From Candidatus Hermodarchaeota archaeon (GTDB lineage Archaea > Asgardarchaeota > Hermodarchaeia > Hermodarchaeales > Hermodarchaeaceae): DNA of 60,350 bases. The first letter of the stretch is position 1, and every line of letters starts with the position of its first letter. Made by a program: the position numbers and the translations under genes. The DNA lies in the NCBI GenBank assembly GCA_016839995.1, contig JAEOTD010000055.1, forward strand, positions 1-60,350. Reading direction: 5' to 3'. This document shows positions 19,696 through 28,571 of this stretch, piece after piece. The notes below the pieces were generated by a model. The model saw only the letters and a list, made by a program, of their open reading frames with translations. It ran no database searches and was not told the origin of the DNA.

Positions 19696-21264
19696 TTACT
19701 GTTCAATTTTGGCAAACCGTCGCAATAAAGTATTACGATTGATGCCGACATCAATCCTATCCCATGCAAATGTTATATCTGCCGGATAATCCGCGGTTGC
19801 TAGGGTTTCCAAGTTTAGACCTTGGTGTTTTGCACATTGGAACCATGTACCTGCAGTAATTCCAGCCTGTTGCGCAACATCCAAAATTAGGGGAGCTAAG
19901 TCACTTGAACCCCGAGAGAGAGCCGCTTGTATGATGCCCCACCGCAGGATTGGTAAATCAAGCTGAATCCGTCCATAGCGACGAAGCTTCTCTAAGTGTT
20001 GAAATCGTTTCTTAAGGGTCTTAAGCGGCGTAAGTCCCAGCCATTGGTAGGGTGTATGTGGTTTAGGAATAAATGGTGTTACACTGACATGAATCCGGTG
20101 ACGCTTATCCGTGAGTGCAAGGAAATTGATGCAAAAATCTTGAATTGCCTGAATATCCTCATCCGATTCAGTTGGTAACCCAACCATGAAGTAGAGTTTG
20201 AATTGTGAAAACCCGGCTTCTATGGCAGATTCGAAAGTCTGTAGGAAAGTATCATCAGATATGGATTTTCCAATAAGTGAACGAAGCCGCTCAGAGCCCG
20301 CCTCAGGTGCAAAGGTAAGTGTACGTTGCCCTCCTTGAAAGATTACTGGGAAAATGTGATCGCCAGGAAGATCTGCACGCAGAGAAGGCACCGATAATTG
20401 ATGTCCAGCATTTACAATGGCGTAAAGGAGGGGGCTTAACTCAGAATGATCCACAAACCCAGAGGCCAACAATGCAATCTTTTCCACCACAGAGCAACGT
20501 GTTCCTTCATCAATAAGGTGCATTAATGTCTTCAGTGAACGTTCTCGTCGAGGGCTGCATTGGTAACTCGTCATGCAGAAATTACACCGCTGATCACAAC
20601 CCCGTGAGATTTCAACCAAGAGACTCTGACCAAAAGTTGGCTCAAGCTCTGAAGGGTAAGGTGGCTCAGGTATAATTTGGCAGACGGGATGAAAAGCAGA
20701 ATCTAAATCTGTGATATAAGCACGCTTTGCATGATCTCTCTTGGATAACAGGAAATGATTATCCAATTGAGCATCCAACTCGCCAGGCGTTCGTGCATCT
20801 ACTAAGGCAGCGAGGAGTTGAGACAATACAGGTTCAATATCCCCAATCTGCACAACATCAATGAAAGGCAACATGGGGAAAGGGTTCGACATTGCGCATG
20901 GTCCCCCCGCAATCACCCAAGGGCGTTGTCGATCTTTGGTGTAGGGGTGAATGCCTGACCGTACTAGCATCTCAACCGCATGCACAAAATCCGTTTCAAA
21001 TTGAAGGGAAAAGGCAATCACATCGAATTTTCCGAGGGGTTGTCCGGATTCAAGTGAACGAGGAACTTCACCGGGTACATAGAACACCCGTTCACAGGCC
21101 ACTGCTGGGTTGGCATTAAATTGCGCATATAGTAGATGAATTGCCAAACTCGTCATGCCTACACGATAGGCATTCGGGTAGCAGAGCGCTATACGAAGAC
21201 GAACCTTCCGCCAATCCTTTTGGACCGTATTTCGCTCACGAAGCTGTGTCGGCATGTCCATCAC
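19696..21264 (-). CDS. B12-binding-domain radical SAM protein
   Basis: 522 aa. CxxxCxxC cluster motif in ISRGCDQRCNFC. The N-terminal ~150 aa resemble the cobalamin-binding-like domain of COG1032-type enzymes. Confidence 0.75.
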   Translation of the reverse strand: MMDMPTQLRERNTVQKDWRKVRLRIALCYPNAYRVGMTSLAIHLLYAQFNANPAVACERVFYVPGEVPRSLESGQPLGKFDVIAFSLQFETDFVHAVEMLVRSGIHPYTKDRQRPWVIAGGPCAMSNPFPMLPFIDVVQIGDIEPVLSQLLAALVDARTPGELDAQLDNHFLLSKRDHAKRAYITDLDSAFHPVCQIIPEPPYPSELEPTFGQSLLVEISRGCDQRCNFCMTSYQCSPRRERSLKTLMHLIDEGTRCSVVEKIALLASGFVDHSELSPLLYAIVNAGHQLSVPSLRADLPGDHIFPVIFQGGQRTLTFAPEAGSERLRSLIGKSISDDTFLQTFESAIEAGFSQFKLYFMVGLPTESDEDIQAIQDFCINFLALTDKRHRIHVSVTPFIPKPHTPYQWLGLTPLKTLKKRFQHLEKLRRYGRIQLDLPILRWGIIQAALSRGSSDLAPLILDVAQQAGITAGTWFQCAKHQGLNLETLATADYPADITFAWDRIDVGINRNTLLRRFAKIEQ

Positions 21265-21416
21265 ATTGTTCGAACCGTGTTCTCCAGACTACTACTTGGA
21301 TATATTCTCCTTCATAGCCCAGAATCCACGTTACTAAAACCTTCTGACTTGAAACGTTTTACGAGTGAAATGTCCCGTATTAGGGGAAGGAAAAAATGAA
21401 GAAATGAAATGGGTAT

Positions 21417-21701
21417 CTAATCACTGGAAAGTTGAACGAGGGAATGAAGAGAAGGAGATTCCACCGCAATCCGACCTTTCATTGCTTCTAGTTCTGCGAG
21501 GAAGGTCCTAAGAGCTTTAGCTCGTTTAAACACACGGACAATCCCTAATTCAGTGATGCGAAGAACTGCCACGCGATTCATGACTTCCACATAGATACCG
21601 CCTAGATACAGATCATGTTTCAGGAAGATTCGTCGCCCTGATTCATTCTCTACATTTCGAGCTTTCCAAAAACCCTGCCGCTGGAGTGTTCGAGCAAACA
21701 T
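21417..21701 (-). CDS. hypothetical protein
   Basis: 94-aa ORF only. No recognisable motif. Coding status uncertain. Confidence 0.3.
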   Translation of the reverse strand: MFARTLQRQGFWKARNVENESGRRIFLKHDLYLGGIYVEVMNRVAVLRITELGIVRVFKRAKALRTFLAELEAMKGRIAVESPSLHSLVQLSSD

Positions 21702-21977
21702 ACTAGCCAGACCCGTGCTAGTAGGCGTTTCAATCGCTAATAAGCCTTACCGGTTCGCTTTTGCAGAAAACCGTTTTAAGTCGGTTTAATTTCAGAAGTA
21801 AACACCTAGCTTCGGCACCGACTTTCAAACCCTATACTTAAGCATAATTACTGAATCCGAGGTTGCATAAAAACCTCCTAATACCTCGATAACATGCGCG
21901 CGCATAAAGGCGGTATTATCACACTACCCTCTAGCCTACTTTTAGAAAACGTATAAAACTCTGAGCAGATAGCACTC

Positions 21978-22571
21978 TTAGCTAGCTGCGGCTGCTGGCT
22001 GAGCAAGGAGTTTGCTCTTCCGGATTTCGCTTTTCCGCAACGGAAAGATGGTTTTCGCTTTGTTGTAGATGTCACTACCGATCTTGCCAAGAACACATTC
22101 TTGGATAAATGCATCAAAGTTGAGTTGTTTGGCTCGTTTGGCTACGATTTTTTGCATCACTTCTCGGATAGCCGATTGCTGAGTCGTCTTAGCTCTTCGA
22201 ACAGGGAATGCAATCGCATACACCCGAATTTCAAAACCGTCTTTGGTTGTCACATCAAAGATACCATCAATTCGACTGCTTCCGCGACGAACTAGACTAC
22301 GAAGGTAATCACGGGTAAAATCATGACCGGCAAAATGTGTATAGGCTTTGTCGCCTTTTACTTCGTTAATCTGAAAATACAGTTTGATATGGATTTGATT
22401 GAAATCTCCTGAGATGGCGTAAAGGGTGGTCTCAACTTTTCGACCCACCAAGATTTTTGCATTGGCGGCTGGGGTCTCCCCGATTTCTACATTTCCGAAT
22501 GAGGATGGGGCTACCATCATAAACCAGCGTTTTTCACGCCATTTGTCACGAACTCGAGATTGACGGCTCAT
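21978..22571 (-). CDS. rps3ae: 30S ribosomal protein S3Ae (eS1)
   Basis: 197 aa. DKWREKRWFMMVAPSSFG signature. Confidence 0.95.
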   Translation of the reverse strand: MSRQSRVRDKWREKRWFMMVAPSSFGNVEIGETPAANAKILVGRKVETTLYAISGDFNQIHIKLYFQINEVKGDKAYTHFAGHDFTRDYLRSLVRRGSSRIDGIFDVTTKDGFEIRVYAIAFPVRRAKTTQQSAIREVMQKIVAKRAKQLNFDAFIQECVLGKIGSDIYNKAKTIFPLRKSEIRKSKLLAQPAAAAS

Positions 22572-22635
22572 AGTAAGTTACCTTTCATATTCTAGTCCTT
22601 TTTGGGTAACGCGTGAAGGGCAAAACCTGACGCGT

Positions 22636-24132
22636 CTATTTAATTGTTTCCTCATTCGCACTCTCCTCTGGTTGTGAGGTGACCTCTTTCATTCGCCCCA
22701 GTTGTTTTCGGAGAATACGCTGAATGATTTTCAAGAATTGGTCTTCTTGACCGCGAGGGATGGTTGCCCCAGCGGCGATGTTGTGACCTCCACCTTCGGA
22801 GCCGCTTCCTATTTCTGCGGAGGCTTCTTTCATAGCCTTGCCTAGGTCTGCTCCAGCTTCAACAATGCGCCGTATGGTTCGACCAGAGACTTTGACGCGT
22901 CCGTCGCGGGAATAAACAAAAGCAATAACGGGTTTGGACCAATCTAGGATCCGTGCATTCAAAGCCATTCCCGCAATTGAGCCCACAATCGTATCCGGAA
23001 TACGGTCTTTAGCATGGAAGGTTTGAATGAGTTGTAACTTCTGTATGGCCTCGGGATCATCTGTTAGCCATTGGAGACCCAAGGCTAGTTGTTCTCGGTA
23101 TTCCTTGAGAATCGTTTCGGCTTTACGTAACATGTTTTTCCGGTCACCCATACAAATGGCGACACCAATACCGCCTTGGTTGGATCTCCCCGTTGAATTA
23201 AGCAATGTTGAAAACATTCGCGCATCGCGCAGATAGCTCCCCTTTTCCTCTTGAACCATCGTGAAGACTACACCAACAAGGGATTGGGCTTCACGGGGTG
23301 GGATATTGTGTTTCAGCATATAGGTTACAAGTTCAGAGTTTAGTTTCCGTTTTTCTTCTTTTGCTAATGAAGCAATAGTTCGCCATTGTTCATCTTCTCG
23401 GAGTTCGATACCAAGGTCCGCGAGAAAATTGAGTGCGCCTTCGGGATCATTGCTAATTCCGGGAATATACGGATCACTACTATATTGCAAGGCTATGTGG
23501 ATGGGTCGGGTTTCTCGTCCGAAAATCCGCATGTCGATGGAGCGATCGACAACACCACTAGCGATGGCGTCTTCGATGATGATTTCCTTATTGAGACCCA
23601 CAAAGTCATGTTGCTTCCCACGGTCCTGAATATCCCCCAACGCACCTACAACTGCCAGTCCAGCCAAATCCCCATTAGAGCCGCCAAGATGTCGAGCAAC
23701 CAGATAAGAAACTCCTGCACCAGATATTTCATAGGTTGCGTCAAAACCATACTCGTGAGGGTTGACTTGGCGGATGTGTGATGGAACATCCTCCTTCCCT
23801 GGAGGATGATGATCTAAAATCACAATTTCTGAGCTTCCTAATGCGTCCTCTATAAGGGGTAATTGTCCGCTTCCTAAATCGCAGAATATGAATCGTTGAG
23901 AATCATCTTTAGCGATTTCATTCAGGTAGACTTGGTCAAGTTGCCGAACGATTCTGAGATGAAATGGGGTGTTTCGTCTTGTGAGAGCCGAGGCCATGAT
24001 GCCTGCGGCAGTAAGTCCATCTGCATCTAAGTGTGAGGTCAGAAAAATCGGGTCATTCGCTTCAATCCAGTCGCTGATGCGACCAGCAGCCGAATCTGCG
24101 ATTTCTAAAAGTCGATCCAGATCTTTTTTCAA
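22636..24132 (-). CDS. RecJ-like DHH family exonuclease (archaeal GAN/Cdc45-RecJ homologue)
   Basis: 498 aa. HLDADGLTAAG, ILDHHPP (DHH) and GGGHNIAAGATI (DHHA1). Conserved location between rps15 and rps3ae. Confidence 0.75.
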   Translation of the reverse strand: MKKDLDRLLEIADSAAGRISDWIEANDPIFLTSHLDADGLTAAGIMASALTRRNTPFHLRIVRQLDQVYLNEIAKDDSQRFIFCDLGSGQLPLIEDALGSSEIVILDHHPPGKEDVPSHIRQVNPHEYGFDATYEISGAGVSYLVARHLGGSNGDLAGLAVVGALGDIQDRGKQHDFVGLNKEIIIEDAIASGVVDRSIDMRIFGRETRPIHIALQYSSDPYIPGISNDPEGALNFLADLGIELREDEQWRTIASLAKEEKRKLNSELVTYMLKHNIPPREAQSLVGVVFTMVQEEKGSYLRDARMFSTLLNSTGRSNQGGIGVAICMGDRKNMLRKAETILKEYREQLALGLQWLTDDPEAIQKLQLIQTFHAKDRIPDTIVGSIAGMALNARILDWSKPVIAFVYSRDGRVKVSGRTIRRIVEAGADLGKAMKEASAEIGSGSEGGGHNIAAGATIPRGQEDQFLKIIQRILRKQLGRMKEVTSQPEESANEETIK

Positions 24133-24158
24133 GGAAATCAGCCAACAGCCCTCTACGC

Positions 24159-24614
24159 CTAGCGAATGAGGAGCGCGGCTTGCTCTGGTGTGTATCTCCA
24201 GTCTTGTGGGAGAACACCCTGTCGACGATAATATTTCACTAGGCGACGTATTTTACTCTCGATTAGACGGAGTCCATATCGGGAGTGAAGGTCCTTTTTC
24301 GAATCTTCAAGGTGCCTTCGAAGGGTAATGGCTCGACTGATAAGGTGAAAGAGATCTTCAGGTACACGTAACGCCTGCTCATTTTCGTTGAGAATCTGTG
24401 TGATAGTCTTTCCCGTAATTGCTTTGGCAAGTGGAATCCCATGTTGATCCCGGAGCTTCAATCCAATCATGGAAGGTTGGTGACCTTCTTTTGCTAGTTT
24501 CACGACAAGCTCTTCGACTTCTTCTGGTGTTCGTTGACACCAGTCAGGGGTTTCAAGCCGAATTGGGCGTTTGGAATGAGATTTGCCTTTTCGAGATGAA
24601 TGCATTCGAGCCAT
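24159..24614 (-). CDS. rps15: 30S ribosomal protein S15 (uS15)
   Basis: [18 protein letters not shown]-terminus. Start placed at ATG 24614 (GGTG 6 nt upstream). The longer ORF-track start would overlap the upstream gene. Confidence 0.92.
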   Translation of the reverse strand: MARMHSSRKGKSHSKRPIRLETPDWCQRTPEEVEELVVKLAKEGHQPSMIGLKLRDQHGIPLAKAITGKTITQILNENEQALRVPEDLFHLISRAITLRRHLEDSKKDLHSRYGLRLIESKIRRLVKYYRRQGVLPQDWRYTPEQAALLIR

Positions 24615-24694
24615 TCTATACACCATATTGATGAGCAAGTTGGTGCCAAGCACCGGACAGCAGAAATGGACAACGCTATTTAATTCTATCTCTG

Positions 24695-25282
24695 TTATGT
24701 GGTCTCTGGTCCATACTTCAGGAACCACTGAACAAATTTGACTAAGGATTTCGCTCTGTGGGAGATTCGATTCTTAATTTCCTTTGATAATTCGGCATAT
24801 GTAGAACCATCACCTTCATCGGGGATGAAAATGGGGTCAAACCCCCATTCGGTTCCGCGAATTCGACGCGAAATTCGACCCATGGTTTCGCCTTCAAAGA
24901 GTTGTATTTCTCGATTTGGCTCACCATACGCGATGACACTCCGAAAAACCGCGACACGATTTTTCTCTCCTTCCATGACTTTGAGAATGCCAGGATTGTC
25001 AAGGGTTTTCAGAACATATGAGGAGTAGGGTCCGGGAAAGCCATTGAGATGATAGATGAACATGCCGGCATCTTCAACGAAAAGGGGTTGTTGAACCTGC
25101 TCTAGTGCCTGTTGACAGCTATGACGAGCGATTTCGTGTAAGGACTTCGATTGGATTTCTACGGGTCGTTCATGATACTGTTCTATCGTTATGCCAGCGC
25201 GTTTCATGATTTGTTGAGCTTCAGCGAATTTGTCTTTGTTTCCTGTGACAAACAGTAATGGAGAATGTGACATCGGATTCAC
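24695..25282 (-). CDS. non-canonical purine NTP pyrophosphatase (HAM1/RdgB family)
   Basis: 195 aa. [14 protein letters not shown], and GFPGPYS...FGYDPIF-like WGFDPIFIP. Confidence 0.88.
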   Translation of the reverse strand: MNPMSHSPLLFVTGNKDKFAEAQQIMKRAGITIEQYHERPVEIQSKSLHEIARHSCQQALEQVQQPLFVEDAGMFIYHLNGFPGPYSSYVLKTLDNPGILKVMEGEKNRVAVFRSVIAYGEPNREIQLFEGETMGRISRRIRGTEWGFDPIFIPDEGDGSTYAELSKEIKNRISHRAKSLVKFVQWFLKYGPETT

Positions 25283-25923
25283 CGGATTCTCTCGGTGATA
25301 TAGCGTCCACGGCTTTCAATTGCGTCAACCTTCCGGAAAACGTCTGTGGTTCTCTTTCCGAAGGTTGTGCGGTATCCTTCTTTGAATGCACTATAACAAT
25401 CTTCCCAGTGGGGATAATGCGTGCTGAGCAGGGCTCGTCGAAGTAGATGTAAATCAGTGCCAAAGTCTTCAATATTCTGAGTGATTCCTGCAAGTCCGAA
25501 ATCGATGAAATAAATTACCTTTGGTGAACTCTGAATCATGTTTGAGGTTGTTAGATCACCATGGGTCACTTCATGTTGATGTAATAGAGCAACCGCTTTG
25601 CCGATTTCTTTAAACAGGCTCTGGCGCTTAGTCTTGGTTAGTTCGGGAATCAGTTCTTTGACTCGTTGACCCTCGATATACTCCATTATGATGGTTGCAT
25701 TCTCGACATCAATCTGATAGACAATGGGAGTGGCAACTCCGGCGTGGCGTGCGGAAGCGAGTAAGCGTGCTTCACGAATGGTGCGGTCGGTGCGGAGTTT
25801 TGCATCGATTTGGGGGAGTCGGTAAGGTTTGGGACGGCGGTGTTTTCGAATTACTGGGTGACCGTAGTAGTCTTCAAGGTAAAGTGATGCTTCGGCGCCT
25901 TTTGCAACTAGCTTGGACATCAC
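25279..25923 (-). CDS. bud32: KEOPS subunit Bud32 (Kae1-associated kinase/ATPase)
   Basis: 214 aa. AKGAEASLY, HGDLTTSNMI catalytic loop, and DFGLA. Immediately downstream of kae1. Confidence 0.88.
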   Translation of the reverse strand: MMSKLVAKGAEASLYLEDYYGHPVIRKHRRPKPYRLPQIDAKLRTDRTIREARLLASARHAGVATPIVYQIDVENATIIMEYIEGQRVKELIPELTKTKRQSLFKEIGKAVALLHQHEVTHGDLTTSNMIQSSPKVIYFIDFGLAGITQNIEDFGTDLHLLRRALLSTHYPHWEDCYSAFKEGYRTTFGKRTTDVFRKVDAIESRGRYITERIR

Positions 25924-25926
25924 AAT

Positions 25927-26913
25927 TCACGACTCCCAGTGGATGTCGACTTGATCCAGACGCCACTTGGATTGGATACCGCTTTCATTGAGCGAGGTCT
26001 TATTGCCTGAGTTGAGAAGTAGCAGTCCATTATAGGCGATCATCGCGCCGTTGTCACCTGCATATTTTACGGGCACCGATGCAAAGTGAGCGGATTGTTC
26101 GTTGGCGACGATTTGAAGCATCTCTTTTAATCGGGAATTTGCAGCAACACCTCCCGTTAAGATGATTTCCTCGCGTTGTGTGTGAGCAAGTGCTCGCTCA
26201 GTGACCTCAGCAATCATGGAAAACGCTGTTTCTTGGAGACTATAACAGACATCTTCAAGGGCGGTGCCTTTTTTCAAAAGTTGTTTTGCAGCAGTCAGTA
26301 GTCCTGAAAACGCCAAGTCCATGCCCTTAACCGTATAGGGCAGAGGATGATAACCATTCTCGGCTTGTTTTGCTAGCTGTTCGACTTTAGGTCCTCCTGG
26401 ATGTGCGAGATTAGCGGCGCGTGCGAACATATCAAGCATATTTCCGAGTGCAATATCAAGGGTCTCACCGAAAATACGATAGCGGTGAGCGGCAAGTGTG
26501 GTGATTTGGGTGTTTCCACCTGATAGGTAAATCACAAGAGGTATTTTGGCTTGGCAAAAGAATCGGGCTTGTTCAATATGTGCCACACAATGATTAATGC
26601 CGAGAAGCGGGATATTCAGGCTCTTAGCGAGGCTCCGTGCTATCACGGCGCCAACCCGGAGGGCAGGAGGGAGCCCGGGTCCTTGTGAGAAAGCGACCCC
26701 CCGAAGTTGGTCGAGGGTGATGTTGGCTTCATTGATTGCCGCCTGTAAAACTGTGATGGCTGCTTTTTGATGGTTTTCAGCTGCTTCTCGAGGATGAATA
26801 CCACCTTCTTTGGGTGTATACACCGCCTTTGAATCAGCAAGAACCTTGCCCTCACTATTCACTATGCCGATTCCTAATGTGTGAGCTGTGCATTCTATCC
26901 CAAGAATTACCAT
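25927..26913 (-). CDS. kae1: tRNA N6-adenosine threonylcarbamoyltransferase Kae1
   Basis: MVILGIECTAHTLGIGIV..., GINHCVAHIE, GGVAANSRL. ATG 26913 preferred over the upstream TTG 26928. Confidence 0.92.
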   Translation of the reverse strand: MVILGIECTAHTLGIGIVNSEGKVLADSKAVYTPKEGGIHPREAAENHQKAAITVLQAAINEANITLDQLRGVAFSQGPGLPPALRVGAVIARSLAKSLNIPLLGINHCVAHIEQARFFCQAKIPLVIYLSGGNTQITTLAAHRYRIFGETLDIALGNMLDMFARAANLAHPGGPKVEQLAKQAENGYHPLPYTVKGMDLAFSGLLTAAKQLLKKGTALEDVCYSLQETAFSMIAEVTERALAHTQREEIILTGGVAANSRLKEMLQIVANEQSAHFASVPVKYAGDNGAMIAYNGLLLLNSGNKTSLNESGIQSKWRLDQVDIHWES

Positions 26914-26998
26914 GGTAATCTTACCCAACCTTGAATCTAGTTACTATATAGAGAACGCGAAGATTTCAAACCACCAAGGAAATAGGGGCTCTTTGCGT

Positions 26999-27202
26999 CT
27001 AAGTTTCTTTCTCCTTAGGAGCTTTTTCGGGTTCTTTGCTTTTCTTGGAGGGTTTGAATTCAGTAAAACCACAGCTGCCACAGTGAAATCGATTAGCATG
27101 TTCGGCCATGAATGTGCCTTCTCCGCAGCGTGGACAGGACCTGCGCTTTCGATCAAGTTTGCCATCCTTGCCAACTGAATAATATTCGTGAGTTTTTGAC
27201 GT
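26999..27202 (-). CDS. rps27ae: 30S ribosomal protein S27ae (eS31), apparently without a canonical start codon
   Basis: Frame encodes ...[43 protein letters not shown] plus a K-rich tail, with stop TAG at 27001-26999. It is bounded upstream by in-frame TGA (27211-27209). There is no ATG/GTG/TTG before the zinc ribbon. ACG at 27202 lies 6 nt after AGGTGA. This gene is absent from the ORF track. Confidence 0.8.
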   Translation of the reverse strand, partial: TSKTHEYYSVGKDGKLDRKRRSCPRCGEGTFMAEHANRFHCGSCGFTEFKPSKKSKEPEKAPKEKET

Positions 27203-27208
27203 TGAAGT

Positions 27209-27214
27209 TCACCT
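27209..27214 (-). promoter_or_regulatory. Shine-Dalgarno (AGGTGA) upstream of rps27ae
   Basis: The minus-strand sequence AAGGTGA-ACTTCA-ACG matches the SD spacing seen at other genes in the window. Confidence 0.55.
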
Positions 27215-27244
27215 TTTATTGAGTTTTGGATTAAATTATGAGGT

Positions 27245-27778
27245 TCATTTCTTCTTAGGAGCTTTTTTGGGCTTCCCCTTTGGAGGAGCAGCCTTGGGTT
27301 CTTCCTTCTTTACCTCGGTTTCGGGCTTTTCTTCTTTTGGTGGCGCTTCCTTCTTCGTAGGAGGCTTTTCCTCTTTCGGTTTAGGTTTCTCTTCCTTCTT
27401 CGTAGGAGGCTTTTCCTCTTTCGGTGGTTCTGTTGGCTCTTCACCCTTTCCTTCTGGAGCGGGGGGAGTGGGTTCCACAGCAGGTGGTGGGGTTGCTTCC
27501 TCGATAGTGTGACGCTTTATGATGTAAGCTTGTTCGTGTGTAAGCGCAGCTTCTTTGGTAGGATAGAGATGTGCATAGCCTTGAGAGGTTGATTGTCCAT
27601 ATAACCCAGAGAGCTTTATGATGTAGAGTTGATCTTCTTTTGAATTTAGCATGGCGGCGAGTTTTGCGCGGACATCGTTACGAGGAGGAGTTGCAGTTCC
27701 TGAATGATCAACTAGGAATGTGATGTCCTGACGGTTAAGGAGCGAATTCTCATGTTTTTCTTCAATCTTGATTTTCAT
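27245..27778 (-). CDS. rps24e: 30S ribosomal protein S24e (eS24) with ~85-aa Pro/Lys/Glu-rich C-terminal extension
   Basis: MKIKIEEKHENSLLNRQDITFLVDH is the typical S24e start (ATG 27778). The tail is PPPAVEPTPPAPEGKGEEPTEPPKEEKPPTKKEEKPKPKEEKPPTKKE...KKAPKKK. Confidence 0.9.
   Translation of the reverse strand: MKIKIEEKHENSLLNRQDITFLVDHSGTATPPRNDVRAKLAAMLNSKEDQLYIIKLSGLYGQSTSQGYAHLYPTKEAALTHEQAYIIKRHTIEEATPPPAVEPTPPAPEGKGEEPTEPPKEEKPPTKKEEKPKPKEEKPPTKKEAPPKEEKPETEVKKEEPKAAPPKGKPKKAPKKK
27346..27425. repeat. 35-nt perfect direct repeat at 45-nt period inside the S24e tail
   Basis: cttccttcttcgtaggaggcttttcctctttcggt occurs at 27346-27380 and again at 27391-27425. Confidence 0.9.
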
Positions 27779-28325
27779 CTTTTTGCACCATTTTCTGTAA
27801 TATTGTGTCAACCGCCTGTTTATGCTCTGGCGTTACTTTGATGACAACAATGCCCTGATCAGGAAGCCCATACACGACAGCTGATCCAGTGGGTGCAAGT
27901 GCCACTGCGGGCAGTGCCGTTAGGTCTTCTTCACCCTCTATTAAGAGTTTCGCAGTTTTCCCAGATTTCCCAGCCATGAGGGCAAGTTCAATAGCAATCC
28001 ACACCTCAGGGCGAATCTCCGCGGCCGCGTTAACTGCATTAAAAGTGACATCGGCTTGAATGTCAAACTCAACTGGATCGTCTCGTTTCGTTTTTCCATC
28101 CAGTATTGAAAGGGTTGCTTGACAGTCTACTTTCGCGAAATTAATCGATACAAGGTCGCCTACAGTGATGACTGGGCTGAGTTTTTGTTTCTTAATGTAT
28201 GCACAAGCATCTTCAGCGGCACCAAGTGCTTCACGAGAAAAGAGTTCACCTTTTGGTCCTTTCAGGGACTGACGAAGCTGCTTGGGGAGAAGAAGTGTAT
28301 ATTGTCGCAGCTGCTTGGCAGCCAA
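27762..28325 (-). CDS. GTP-dependent dephospho-CoA kinase (DUF359/COG1909 family)
   Basis: 187 aa. TTG start 5 nt after AGGTGA. ITVGDLVS and IEGEEDLTALPAVALAPTGSAVVYGLPDQGIVVIKV motifs. Conserved spt4-DUF359-rps24e synteny. Confidence 0.75.
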   Translation of the reverse strand: MAAKQLRQYTLLLPKQLRQSLKGPKGELFSREALGAAEDACAYIKKQKLSPVITVGDLVSINFAKVDCQATLSILDGKTKRDDPVEFDIQADVTFNAVNAAAEIRPEVWIAIELALMAGKSGKTAKLLIEGEEDLTALPAVALAPTGSAVVYGLPDQGIVVIKVTPEHKQAVDTILQKMVQKDENQD

Positions 28326-28334
28326 CTAATTCAC

Positions 28335-28523
28335 CTAACGAACTTGGAGAGCGTACTCTCCATCTTTGGTGATATTGAGCTTTTTAGCAATCATTGAATG
28401 CTCAGGATCAAAAATTAGAACCAGCCCTGAGAAGCTCTCGGAGAGGTTTGTGCTTTTACAGACTGGACAATGCGATTTGGTTGTCATTACATGACAGACT
28501 TTGCAGGCTTTGCGTTTTGCCAT
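28335..28523 (-). CDS. spt4: transcription elongation factor Spt4 (RpoE'')
   Basis: MAKRKACKVCHVMTTKSHCPVCKS zinc ribbon. ATG 28523 lies 4 nt after GGTGAT. Confidence 0.88.
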   Translation of the reverse strand: MAKRKACKVCHVMTTKSHCPVCKSTNLSESFSGLVLIFDPEHSMIAKKLNITKDGEYALQVR

Positions 28524-28571
28524 CTCAATCACCATGAGTTTCTTTACGAGTTAGGAACGAAAAGGCGGGAA

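Noticed and set aside
26944-27174. 76-aa ORF from the track ([15 protein letters not shown]...)
   Set aside because: It is the wrong frame of the rps27ae locus. The conserved zinc-ribbon protein is in another frame that the track missed because it has no canonical start.
27193-27212. Possibility that rps27ae starts at GTG 27212 and needs a frameshift or has an indel error in the A5 run (27193-27197)
   Set aside because: The GTG is the core of the AGGTGA Shine-Dalgarno. The same false-start pattern occurs at rps8, rpl7ae and acnX. An ACG 6 nt downstream fits without any frameshift. A homopolymer error cannot be fully excluded without reads.
27203-27247. Read-through fusion of eS24 and eS31, which are in the same reading frame
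   Set aside because: Three in-frame stops (TGA, TAA, TGA) separate the two coding regions.
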